Below, piece by piece: positions 40,201-48,670 of a stretch of 64,000 nucleotides of DNA. The notes under the pieces were generated by a model, which was not told the origin of the DNA, did no database searches, and saw only the letters and a program-made list of their open reading frames with translations. This stretch comes from Chitinophagales bacterium. Lineage in GTDB: Bacteria; Bacteroidota; Bacteroidia; Chitinophagales; LD1. The translations under genes were made by a program, and so were the position numbers. Position 1 is the stretch's first letter; every line of letters begins with the position of its first letter. The DNA lies in NCBI GenBank assembly GCA_044225825.1, contig JBGAIB010000010.1, positions 20,699 to 84,698 on the forward strand, written 5' to 3'.

Positions 40201-43088
40201 TTGGCGCTCCACGTAAAGGTGTAAGGGGCATTGCCAACAGGAACCACCTTTATTTTACCGTTGTTGCCACCATTGCAGCTAACATTGGTAGCAGTGTGCG
40301 ATAAGGTAAGGCTGGCTTGTACCGCGCGAACCGTATCGTATACGGTGCAAAGTCCACCACTCATACTAACAACGTAGGTAGTAGTACCCGTTGGAACTAC
40401 GCTTTGTGGATTATTGGTGCCCACCAGGGTACCTGCAGGCACAGCGCGCCACTGATACTGGAACGTATTACCGGGTTGTGGTGAGCCGGTAGGCGTTGCA
40501 GTAAGGTTGATGGCATTATTAGCACAGTAGTTAATATCGGGGCCGGCATCCACTTTTACACTGGTGTCGATGGTTACTGTTACAACATCGCTGCCGGAGC
40601 AGGTGCCGTTTGAAACGTTAACCGTGTAGTTCTGCGTGCTGAAAGGTGCTGCGGTTGGATTTTTAATGGTTGCATTTGAAACTCCGTTGAGACCGGTGGA
40701 AGGGGTCCAGGTGATAGCGAAACTATTGTAATCGGGTTTGCAGTAACGCATTACCATCTTAGGACGTTCGTTGGTTACTGTAGCCACCGGAACGATAGAA
40801 CATTGGTCAACATTCGCGCGGCTGTAAATACACATGTTAGGCGAGTTGGTGTAAATAACCTTATTGTTCAGGTTGCCATTTGTGCCTGCACTGTAAAAGC
40901 AAATTTCAACCACAATATTTGATTGGCCGTCCCAATCATAGAGGCTATCCAGCGAGTGCAGGATAGGGCCGGTGTAATTGAGTGGTACCGATACTGTTTT
41001 TGGCAGGAATACAGTTTTTAAACCTGTTTGCCAGGTGCTTAACGAGGTAGCACTGGTGCAGCCCATTTTTATTGTAAAGTTCTGCTGCCCTGCCGTGCTG
41101 TTAAACACCCCTACGATCCAACCTAACTGGCTGATGGTAGCACCGCTGGTGCCCATAGCGGCCTGTAACTCGGCTGCTGTATACAACATTTGCATGCGTA
41201 TGCTCTTATTGAAGTTACCGTAGGTGGTAATGTTGTTTGTTGGTGTTCCTGCAGCAATGTTATAGCCTGTACCTGCCGAATCGATAGAGTAAATACCGTT
41301 ACAGCCATAATAGTTAATACCACAGTTAACGGGGGTAGCTGTAAAATCTAACTGTACCTGCTGACCCGGGCATATGGTGGAAGGTGTTACAGTGGCATTA
41401 ACCGGTGGACCGGTGCCGCTTACTGTAACGACAACATTATCGGATAAAGTGCAACCTCCGGCATCGGTAACAGATAGGGTATAAGTGGTGGTATATTGAG
41501 GACTTGCTACTGCATTGACGGTATTAGCTCCTGTTAAACTGGCAGCGGGGGTCCAACTATAGGTGTAGGTACCTGCCGGGTTAACCGTTCCGGTAAGCGG
41601 CGTGGTTTGATTGGCGCAAATGGTTACGTCGTTGCCGGCATTTACTGTGAAAGTAGCAGGGTTAACCGTTACCGTACCGCTTGCACTGGCCGTACACCCT
41701 ATAGTATTGGTATAGGTAACTGTATAGCTTGTGGTAGTAGCCGGTGTTACACTGATACTGGAGGCGGTTCCGCCGGTATTCCAGGAATAAGTTCCACCGG
41801 TTGGGCTAACGGTAGCTGTGAGTGTGGCCGGGGCATTTGCACAAACAGTGGCTGAGTTTACTGAAACAGTTGGGTTAGCTGCAATTTGAACTGAACGGGA
41901 GCTTACATCGGTGCAGCCATTGCCTGCTGTAACTACAAGTGAAATAAGATAGGTGCCCGGTGCATTATAAGTATGTGCCGGAGGGTTTTGAGCGGTGGAT
42001 GTGGTGCCATCGCCAAAATTCCAGGCGTAGGAAACACCGCCCACGCTGGCGTTGGCAATAGTAACCGTACCGCTGCTACCGCAGATAGTGGCAGGTGTAG
42101 CGGTAAAACTGGAAGTTGGAGCCATTCCAAAGGTGCTGCCGTTCCAGTTAAAGTTCCATCCCGACCCGTTCGCACTGAAGTTATCTATCATGATGGCATA
42201 GGTATGGCCTGCAATTAATGTAGCAGGCGGACAGGTTTCGCCGGCTGCCCCTGCTGCACCGCTGGTAGGGCAAACGGTGGTACTGGCGGTTGACATGCCA
42301 ATAGGAGAGGATGTTTGATTAGCATAGTTGTAATTGCAACTAATGGTATTGTTGTTGAGGTTATTGGTGCCGCAACCATTGGTGATATCAAAAACTGCCC
42401 AGTCGAGCTCGGTATTAGCACCAGATGGTGTACACGACCATTGCAACGAACCGGCAGTGCCTACCGAAAAGGAATACCAAACCGAGCTAAATGCGCCTAA
42501 GGTAAAACAACTGGGGTCGTAAACGCCGGTTCCGGTAGGCCCGGTGCCCAGGGTAAAAGCACTTAAGTCGCACACCTGTGTAGCAGTGCCGCAGGTGGTG
42601 CCAGGCGAAGGAGGTGGTGTGCCTGAAGTAATGCAAACCTGAAAATTACCATCACCGTTAAATGCACTTACTTCCACATAAAATTGTGTACCTGCCGTGG
42701 TGGTTTGGTTTACTGTTACCGCACCGCCATTAGTTGCCGAAACCTGGCAGGAGGTGCCCAGGCTGGATAAACTACCACAGGTGCCTGTATACACCGATAC
42801 GCCGATGCGTTGGGCAGCCGGGCTACCTGTCGGGGTAACTGTAATGGTATTGGCTGTTCCGTTTGAAACAAAAGTGTACCAAACATCGTTCGTCCAGTTG
42901 GTAAAACCGCAACTGGCGGTAGCCCAGGTAGTGCTTGTTGCACCTATGTTATTACCATTTATACATACGTTGCCTGTGGCGGGTATGGTTATTGGAATAG
43001 CATTGGCACAATCATCATTTAAAGGTTGTGCCTGCAAACCCGTTACAAAAGCGGCGAAAAACAGGAGTGTAAAAACTAGCTTGTTCAT
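37263..43088 (-). CDS. Giant cell-surface adhesin with many SprB-type repeats and a gliding-motility/T9SS type-B C-terminal domain (CHU_C)
   Basis: Start at [21 protein letters not shown]. About 20 copies of ~85-aa modules (…[11 protein letters not shown]…[11 protein letters not shown]…LTAGTY.VTVTD.NGC…). C-terminus [39 protein letters not shown]. Confidence 0.85.
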   Translation of the reverse strand: [1941 protein letters not shown]

Positions 43089-43347
43089 GTATAAAATTAG
43101 GGCGACTAAATTAAACTTCGTAGCGACTTTATGCGGAAAAATTAATTGATCTATATCAAGACCCGAGAACACCCAAATGTGTTGCATTAAAGCCGGCCGG
43201 GCCGGCAACAAGTTGTCCACTTAAATATAAGGGTTTTAAACCGTTGTGCAAGGCGGTTTGGGTAAACAGGTGTGTTTACACCGTAATTTGGTGTTCACAA
43301 TAAATGGTTTAGGTTTGCCACACTCTTAAAACCAAAACAAAAGCTAT

Positions 43348-44676
43348 ATGGGAGAAAAAATTACCATCAGCCGAGGTAAACTGAAAGTACCTGAAAATCC
43401 GGTTATTCCTTTTATTGAAGGAGATGGAACAGGCCCCGATATCTGGAGGGCCTCCGTGCGCGTTATTGATGCTGCCGTTGAAAAAGCATACAAAGGCAAG
43501 AAAAAGATAGAATGGAAGGAAGTGTTAGCCGGCGAAAAAAGCTTCAACGCTACAGGCAACTGGCTTCCGGATGAAACGCTGGATGCTTTCCGTGAATACC
43601 TGGTAGGCATTAAAGGACCATTAACTACCCCGGTAGGTGGCGGCATCCGTTCATTGAATGTAGCCTTACGCCAGATACTGGATCTTTACGTGTGTTTACG
43701 TCCGGTGCGTTATTATGCCGGTACACCATCACCAGTAAAGCGTCCGGAAGCAGTTAACATGGTTATCTTCCGTGAAAACACGGAGGATATCTATGCCGGT
43801 ATCGAATTCAAAGGTGGCAGTCCTGAATCGCTGGAATTATTGAAGTTTTTGAAGAAGAAGTTCGAAAAAGACTTTGGTAAAATACGTTTTAGCGATAAAA
43901 AGCGTGGCAAAGAATATTTGAAGATTGCCAAACTGAAAGATGGAGATCCTGAAACATGTGTGGGTATTGGTATTAAGCCAGTGTCTCGCATCGGTTCGCA
44001 GCGTTTGATCCGTTCGGCCATTGAATATGCTATCCGCCATAACCGAAAGTCGCTTACACTGGTGCACAAGGGTAATATCATGAAATTTACCGAAGGTGCC
44101 TTCCGCGATTGGGGTTACCAACTGGCAGAAACTGAGTTTGCAGCCCAAACTTATACCTGGAACCAGTGGGAAAAAACCAAGAAAGAGAAAAACGAAGCTG
44201 CTGCTAACGAGGAAATGAAAGCCGCACAGGCAGCCGGCAAGGTTATTATTAAGGATTCTATTGCGGATATTACCCTGCAGCAGGTATTAACCCGTCCGGA
44301 TGATTTTGATGTAATTGCCACCCTTAACCTGAATGGCGATTACCTGAGTGATGCCCTGGCTGCCCAGGTGGGTGGTATCGGTATTGCACCGGGCGCTAAC
44401 ATTAACTATGTTACCGGTCATGCTATTTTTGAAGCTACCCACGGTACTGCTCCAAAATACGCCAACCTTGACAAGGTAAACCCGGGTTCGGTTATCCTTT
44501 CCGGTGCTATGATGCTGGAATATCTTGGCTGGGATAATGCCGCCAAGATGATTCACCGCGGCCTTGAGAATGCCATCGCCAACAAACGCGTTACTTACGA
44601 TTTCGCCCGCCTGATGGAAGGTGCTACCGAAATTAAATGCAGCGAGTTTGCCGATGAAATCATCAAAGGCTTCTAA
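43348..44676 (+). CDS. icd: NADP-dependent isocitrate dehydrogenase
   Basis: 442 aa; homodimeric ICDH motifs; followed by a strong terminator. Confidence 0.9.
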   Translation: MGEKITISRGKLKVPENPVIPFIEGDGTGPDIWRASVRVIDAAVEKAYKGKKKIEWKEVLAGEKSFNATGNWLPDETLDAFREYLVGIKGPLTTPVGGGIRSLNVALRQILDLYVCLRPVRYYAGTPSPVKRPEAVNMVIFRENTEDIYAGIEFKGGSPESLELLKFLKKKFEKDFGKIRFSDKKRGKEYLKIAKLKDGDPETCVGIGIKPVSRIGSQRLIRSAIEYAIRHNRKSLTLVHKGNIMKFTEGAFRDWGYQLAETEFAAQTYTWNQWEKTKKEKNEAAANEEMKAAQAAGKVIIKDSIADITLQQVLTRPDDFDVIATLNLNGDYLSDALAAQVGGIGIAPGANINYVTGHAIFEATHGTAPKYANLDKVNPGSVILSGAMMLEYLGWDNAAKMIHRGLENAIANKRVTYDFARLMEGATEIKCSEFADEIIKGF

Positions 44677-44720
44677 ACGAAGTAAGCCGGCAGGGTAATA
44701 CCTGCCATTAAAGCATATTA

Positions 44721-44749
44721 CGCCGGCCGGTTGGCCGGCGTTTTTTTTT
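44721..44749 (+). terminator. Rho-independent terminator after icd
   Basis: CGCCGGCC-GGTT-GGCCGGCG followed by TTTTTTTTT. Confidence 0.8.
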
Positions 44750-44965
44750 GGGTATGGATATGTACGGCGAAGCAAAAAGTGACCACAGAATTGGGTACTG
44801 CCGGAGCATGCCGGCCATTACCTGCCGGGTACGTCTATAAGGAGAGGCTGAAAGCAGGTGGCCGGAATATTTAACAAACGGTTTTCGGGGCCTTTACGAT
44901 TAACCCTATGATTATCAATTATCCACAGTAAATTAGCGATTTAGGAAACAGGGCGCATAATCTCT

Positions 44966-44995
44966 TTGTTATTTTGATTGTAACTGTTATATTTG
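44966..44995 (+). promoter_or_regulatory. Bacteroidetes-type promoter of the rpmB-rpmG operon: TTG at 44966-44968 and -7 box TATATTTG at 44988-44995
   Basis: Exact TAnnTTTG, 19-nt spacer to TTG, about 22 nt before the rpmB ATG. Confidence 0.5.
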
Positions 44996-45017
44996 CGCCT
45001 CCAAATTAAAAAGCGTC

Positions 45018-45260
45018 ATGAGCAAAGTATGTGAATTGACAGGTAAGCGTCCCTTATTCGGTAATACAGTTTCGCACTCGAACCGTAAAAGCAGACGCAA
45101 ATTTTTACCCAACCTGAAAAAGAAGAAATTCTTCATCCCTGAATTGGATGAATGGGTAGAGTTAAAAGTGAGCGTAACAGCTCTGCGCACCATCAACAAG
45201 AAAGGTATCTATAACTACCTGAAAGAGTTGAACAAAAAGGGCGACATTAAATTGAATTAA
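45018..45260 (+). CDS. rpmB: 50S ribosomal protein L28
   Basis: 80 aa; MSKVCELTGKRPLFGNTVSHSNRKSRRKF…. Confidence 0.92.
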   Translation: MSKVCELTGKRPLFGNTVSHSNRKSRRKFLPNLKKKKFFIPELDEWVELKVSVTALRTINKKGIYNYLKELNKKGDIKLN

Positions 45261-45281
45261 TAACTTAGTAAAGCAACCCTT

Positions 45282-45470
45282 ATGGCCAAGAAGAGCAAAG
45301 GAAACCGCATACAGGTAATACTGGAATGCACCGAGCAAAAAGCTGCCGGTGTTCCTGGTATGAGTCGCTATATGACTTATAAAAACCGTAAAACCACTAC
45401 TGAAAGGATTGAACTTAAAAAGTACAACCCTTTTATGAAGAAAGTAACTGTTCATAAAGAAATTAAATAA
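45282..45470 (+). CDS. rpmG: 50S ribosomal protein L33
   Basis: 62 aa; [51 protein letters not shown]…. Confidence 0.92.
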   Translation: MAKKSKGNRIQVILECTEQKAAGVPGMSRYMTYKNRKTTTERIELKKYNPFMKKVTVHKEIK

Positions 45471-45478
45471 GGATACAC

Positions 45479-45646
45479 ATGGCTAAAATTTCAAAGAACG
45501 CGCGTACCGACCGTCAAACCGTAGCAGGTTCTAAGGACTATGTTAAGGTTATTAAAGCGGTAAAAGGCAAAACCAACAACTACTCTTTCCTTGAGAAGAT
45601 CGTTCACAAGGATAAAGTGCAGGACTTTTTAGCCGGCAAAGAGTAA
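45479..45646 (+). CDS. Small conserved basic protein (DUF4295-like) that typically follows rpmG in Bacteroidota
   Basis: 55-aa ORF missing from the track (<60 aa): MAKISKNARTDRQTVAGSKDYVKVIKAVKGKTNNYSFLEKIVHKDKVQDFLAGKE. Confidence 0.6.
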   Translation: MAKISKNARTDRQTVAGSKDYVKVIKAVKGKTNNYSFLEKIVHKDKVQDFLAGKE

Positions 45647-45667
45647 TTATTTGAATGATATGTAAGC

Positions 45668-45706
45668 AGAAAGCATCTTTCGGGAAGAGGGGTGCTTTTT
45701 TGTTTT
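45668..45706 (+). terminator. Terminator-like hairpin plus T-run after the rpmB-rpmG-DUF4295 operon
   Basis: GAAAGCATC…GGGGTGCTTTTTTGTTTTT. Confidence 0.45.
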
Positions 45707-45754
45707 TATCCGGGTGCTAACAACCCGGTTAGTAAACAGGCACAAACAAGAAGT

Positions 45755-46708
45755 ATGGGACTATTTGACTTTTTTACCAAGGAGAAGAAAGAGGACCTGG
45801 ACAAAGGCCTGGAAAAAACCAAAGAGGGGTTCTTTTCCAAAATCTCTCGCGCCATTGCAGGTAAATCGAAAGTGGATGACGAGGTACTGGATAACCTGGA
45901 AGAAGCCCTTGTATCGGCCGATGTGGGTCTGGCTACCACTATTAAAATTATTGAGCGCATCGAGAAGCGTGTGGCCCGTGATAAATTCGTGTCTACCTCC
46001 GAATTGAACGGACTTATTCGTGATGAAATAGAAGGCATACTTGCCGAAAATAAGAATGAAGATCAAGAGGGTTTTACAACGCCTGCCGGTGTTGCCCCAT
46101 ACGTAATAATGGTGGTAGGCGTTAACGGAGCGGGAAAAACAACCACTATCGGTAAACTATCGCACCAGTTTAAGATGGCAGGTAAAAAGGTGGTGCTTGG
46201 TGCTGCAGATACTTTCCGTGCAGCAGCAATAGATCAGTTGGATGTTTGGGCACAACGTGCTGGCGTAGAAATTGTAAAAAGCCAAATGAATGCCGATCCT
46301 GCGTCCGTAGCTTTTCAGGCCGTAGAACGTGGACTGGCAGTAGGGGCTGATGTTATAATTATTGATACCGCCGGTCGATTGCACAACCGCGTAGATTTGA
46401 TGAATGAGCTTAGCAAGATCCGCCGGGTTATGCAAAAGGTAATACCGGATGCACCACATGACGTGTTGTTGGTACTGGATGGCAGCACCGGTCAGAATGC
46501 GATTGAGCAAGCCAAGCAATTTACAGCGGCCACACAGGTTACTGCACTGGCAATTACCAAGCTGGATGGCACAGCCAAAGGTGGTGTTGTATTAGGTATT
46601 TCCGATCAGTTCCATATCCCTGTCAAGTATATCGGCGTTGGCGAGCAAATCGACAAACTTCAGGTGTTCAATAAAAAACTGTTTGTGCAGAGTTTGTTTA
46701 AAGGGTAA
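45755..46708 (+). CDS. ftsY: Signal recognition particle receptor FtsY
   Basis: Start at MGLFDFFTKEKKE (the track ORF starts 21 codons earlier); NG domain with GVNGAGKTTT, DTAGR and TKLDG boxes. Confidence 0.9.
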   Translation: MGLFDFFTKEKKEDLDKGLEKTKEGFFSKISRAIAGKSKVDDEVLDNLEEALVSADVGLATTIKIIERIEKRVARDKFVSTSELNGLIRDEIEGILAENKNEDQEGFTTPAGVAPYVIMVVGVNGAGKTTTIGKLSHQFKMAGKKVVLGAADTFRAAAIDQLDVWAQRAGVEIVKSQMNADPASVAFQAVERGLAVGADVIIIDTAGRLHNRVDLMNELSKIRRVMQKVIPDAPHDVLLVLDGSTGQNAIEQAKQFTAATQVTALAITKLDGTAKGGVVLGISDQFHIPVKYIGVGEQIDKLQVFNKKLFVQSLFKG

Positions 46709-46710
46709 GA

Positions 46711-48021
46711 ATGAAAACGAAGGCAATAAAGAAAGATAAGGTTAGTGTTATTACGCTCGGCTGTTCTAAAAATTTGGTGGACAGCGAAGTGATGATGGGG
46801 CAATTGCAGCACGGCGGCTACGACGTGAAGCACGATAAATGGAATAAGGGCCGCAATATTGTAATCGTAAATACCTGTGGTTTTATTGATCGGGCCAAGG
46901 AAGAGAGCATCAATACGATATTGGAATATGCTGATGCAAAAAGCAAAGGCAAGATTGAGAAATTGTATGTAACCGGGTGCCTATCGCAGCGTTATAAGGA
47001 TAACCTCGAGGAAGAAATACCGGAGGTAGATGCCTTTTTCGGCACTATGGAACTACCCCGTTTGCTGAAAACCCTAAAAGTTGATTACCAGCACGAGCTG
47101 ATAGGGGAGCGGTTGCTAAGCACGCCCTCGCATTATGCCTATTTAAAGATTTCGGAAGGGTGCAACCGCACTTGCTCATTTTGTGCTATTCCGTTGATGC
47201 GCGGCAAGCATATATCGCGCACCATTGAGGACCTGGTAGACGAGGCTAAAAAGCTTGCGGCAAAAGGAGTAAAGGAATTGATGCTGATTGCCCAGGAGCT
47301 GACATTTTATGGACTCGATATCTACAAGAAACGCCGTTTACCTGAACTGCTTGCCGAGTTAAGCAAAGTTGAAGGTATAGAATGGATACGTTTGCACTAC
47401 GCCTATCCCGCACAATTCCCTATGGAGATTATTGATGCTATTGCTGAGAACCCCAAGGTGTGTAATTACCTGGATATGCCTCTGCAACATGCCAGCGATA
47501 ATGTGTTAACTGCTATGCGCCGCAATATTACCAATGCCGATACGCGTACACTTATTGAGCAGATACGCAGCCGTATACCCGGTATAGCCATCCGCACGAC
47601 TATGTTGGTTGGTTACCCCGGTGAAACGGAGCAGGATTTTGAAGACCTTAAGACCTTTGTGGAAGAAATGCGTTTCGACCGCCTTGGTGTATTTACGTAT
47701 TCGCACGAGGAAAATACCCGTGCACATAATGTAGAAGACGATATAAGTGCGGACCTGAAAGCGGAACGCGCGGCTGAGTTAATGAGTGTACAGGAGCAGA
47801 TAAGCGCAGAATTGAATGAGAAGAAGGTAGGACAAACCTTCAAAGTTCTTTTCGATAGAAAAGAAGGTGGTTACTTTATCGGTCGCACGGAATATGATTC
47901 TCCGGAAGTAGATAATGAAGTACTTGTAGATGCTAAATCGCAATACGTACGGGTAGGCGACTTTGCCCATGTAAAGATTACCCGGGCAGAGGAGTTTGAC
48001 CTATACGGGGAAGTTATATAA
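46711..48021 (+). CDS. rimO: Ribosomal protein S12 methylthiotransferase RimO
   Basis: MTTase N-terminal cysteines (C…C…C), radical-SAM CNRTCSFCAIP and a TRAM domain. Confidence 0.9.
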   Translation: MKTKAIKKDKVSVITLGCSKNLVDSEVMMGQLQHGGYDVKHDKWNKGRNIVIVNTCGFIDRAKEESINTILEYADAKSKGKIEKLYVTGCLSQRYKDNLEEEIPEVDAFFGTMELPRLLKTLKVDYQHELIGERLLSTPSHYAYLKISEGCNRTCSFCAIPLMRGKHISRTIEDLVDEAKKLAAKGVKELMLIAQELTFYGLDIYKKRRLPELLAELSKVEGIEWIRLHYAYPAQFPMEIIDAIAENPKVCNYLDMPLQHASDNVLTAMRRNITNADTRTLIEQIRSRIPGIAIRTTMLVGYPGETEQDFEDLKTFVEEMRFDRLGVFTYSHEENTRAHNVEDDISADLKAERAAELMSVQEQISAELNEKKVGQTFKVLFDRKEGGYFIGRTEYDSPEVDNEVLVDAKSQYVRVGDFAHVKITRAEEFDLYGEVI

Positions 48022-48040
48022 GTGCTTGCGCTAACAAATA

Positions 48041-48058
48041 CCTTTTATAATTTCGCTT
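48041..48058 (+). promoter_or_regulatory. Conserved promoter-proximal motif CCTTTTATAATTTCGC about 5-22 nt before the ATG, copy 1
   Basis: A near-identical 16-18-mer precedes the paralogous gene at 51025. Confidence 0.45.
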
Positions 48059-48062
48059 TACT

Positions 48063-48584
48063 ATGCGCAAAGCCCTGTCCCTGGGAGTTATTTCAAGTGT
48101 CCTATTAGGGCTCTTAGGGCTTTACCTGTTTTTTACTGCCGCAATAATGTGGGCCAAAATTGAAGCTGAACAAAAACTTGCTCAAGTTCCGGCTGCTTCC
48201 CTTGAACAATTCCGTTTTTCGGAACAGGCTTTTGCGGCACTACCAAGGCCGGAAGGTAATGATGATGAGCTTGTGATTGAGGGCGTACTTTATGATATTA
48301 AGGAGGTTGTACACCAGCAAGGAAGCGTTTTGGTGTATGGATTTAATGACTCTAAGGAATCGAGACTGCTAGGAAAATTAGCAGGTTGGCTGAACAATGA
48401 ATCGGCCAGCGATAAGAGCAGTAATCCTACTGCCGTAATTTTGTTTTTACCTGAATGTATAATGGCCCGGAGCGAGTTTGTGTTTATTGACCAGATAACG
48501 TTCTCACCAATTCCGTTTATGCCTAGCCGATTGGTTACGGGCATCCGCTCGGTAATTTCTCCTCCACCCGATAACCGATCTTGA
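48063..48584 (+). CDS. Single-pass membrane protein of unknown family, paralog A, partnered with a TBDR
   Basis: N-terminal TM helix; shares the blocks AF..L.R.EGND.EL.IEG.LYDIK and PPP.NR at the C-terminus with the product of 51025-51555. Confidence 0.6.
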   Translation: MRKALSLGVISSVLLGLLGLYLFFTAAIMWAKIEAEQKLAQVPAASLEQFRFSEQAFAALPRPEGNDDELVIEGVLYDIKEVVHQQGSVLVYGFNDSKESRLLGKLAGWLNNESASDKSSNPTAVILFLPECIMARSEFVFIDQITFSPIPFMPSRLVTGIRSVISPPPDNRS

Positions 48585-48670
48585 TTTATTCTAAATCAGG
48601 AGGTCTAGTGTTTCTATTAAGGAACGCTGTGCCTGTTATTGTGTTATTGACTAACGTGAAAAGAAATTAC

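Noticed and set aside
37704-43149. Multiple 60-150-aa ORFs inside the giant adhesin gene (for example 37704-38168, 42697-43149)
   Set aside because: Shadow ORFs arising from the GC-rich, Thr/Gly-repeat codon composition of the 1941-aa gene
44750-44965. Searched the 340-bp icd-rpmB spacer and other large intergenic gaps for SRP RNA, tmRNA, RNase P RNA or riboswitch signatures
   Set aside because: No SRP domain-IV motif or other recognisable ncRNA consensus was found by eye. Only short hairpins and the repeats reported above were seen. A covariance-model search would be needed to be certain.
45706-46519. ORFs antisense to or overlapping ftsY (45706-46038 minus, 45714-46007 plus, 45761-46066 minus, 46157-46519 minus)
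   Set aside because: Embedded in the well-supported FtsY frame
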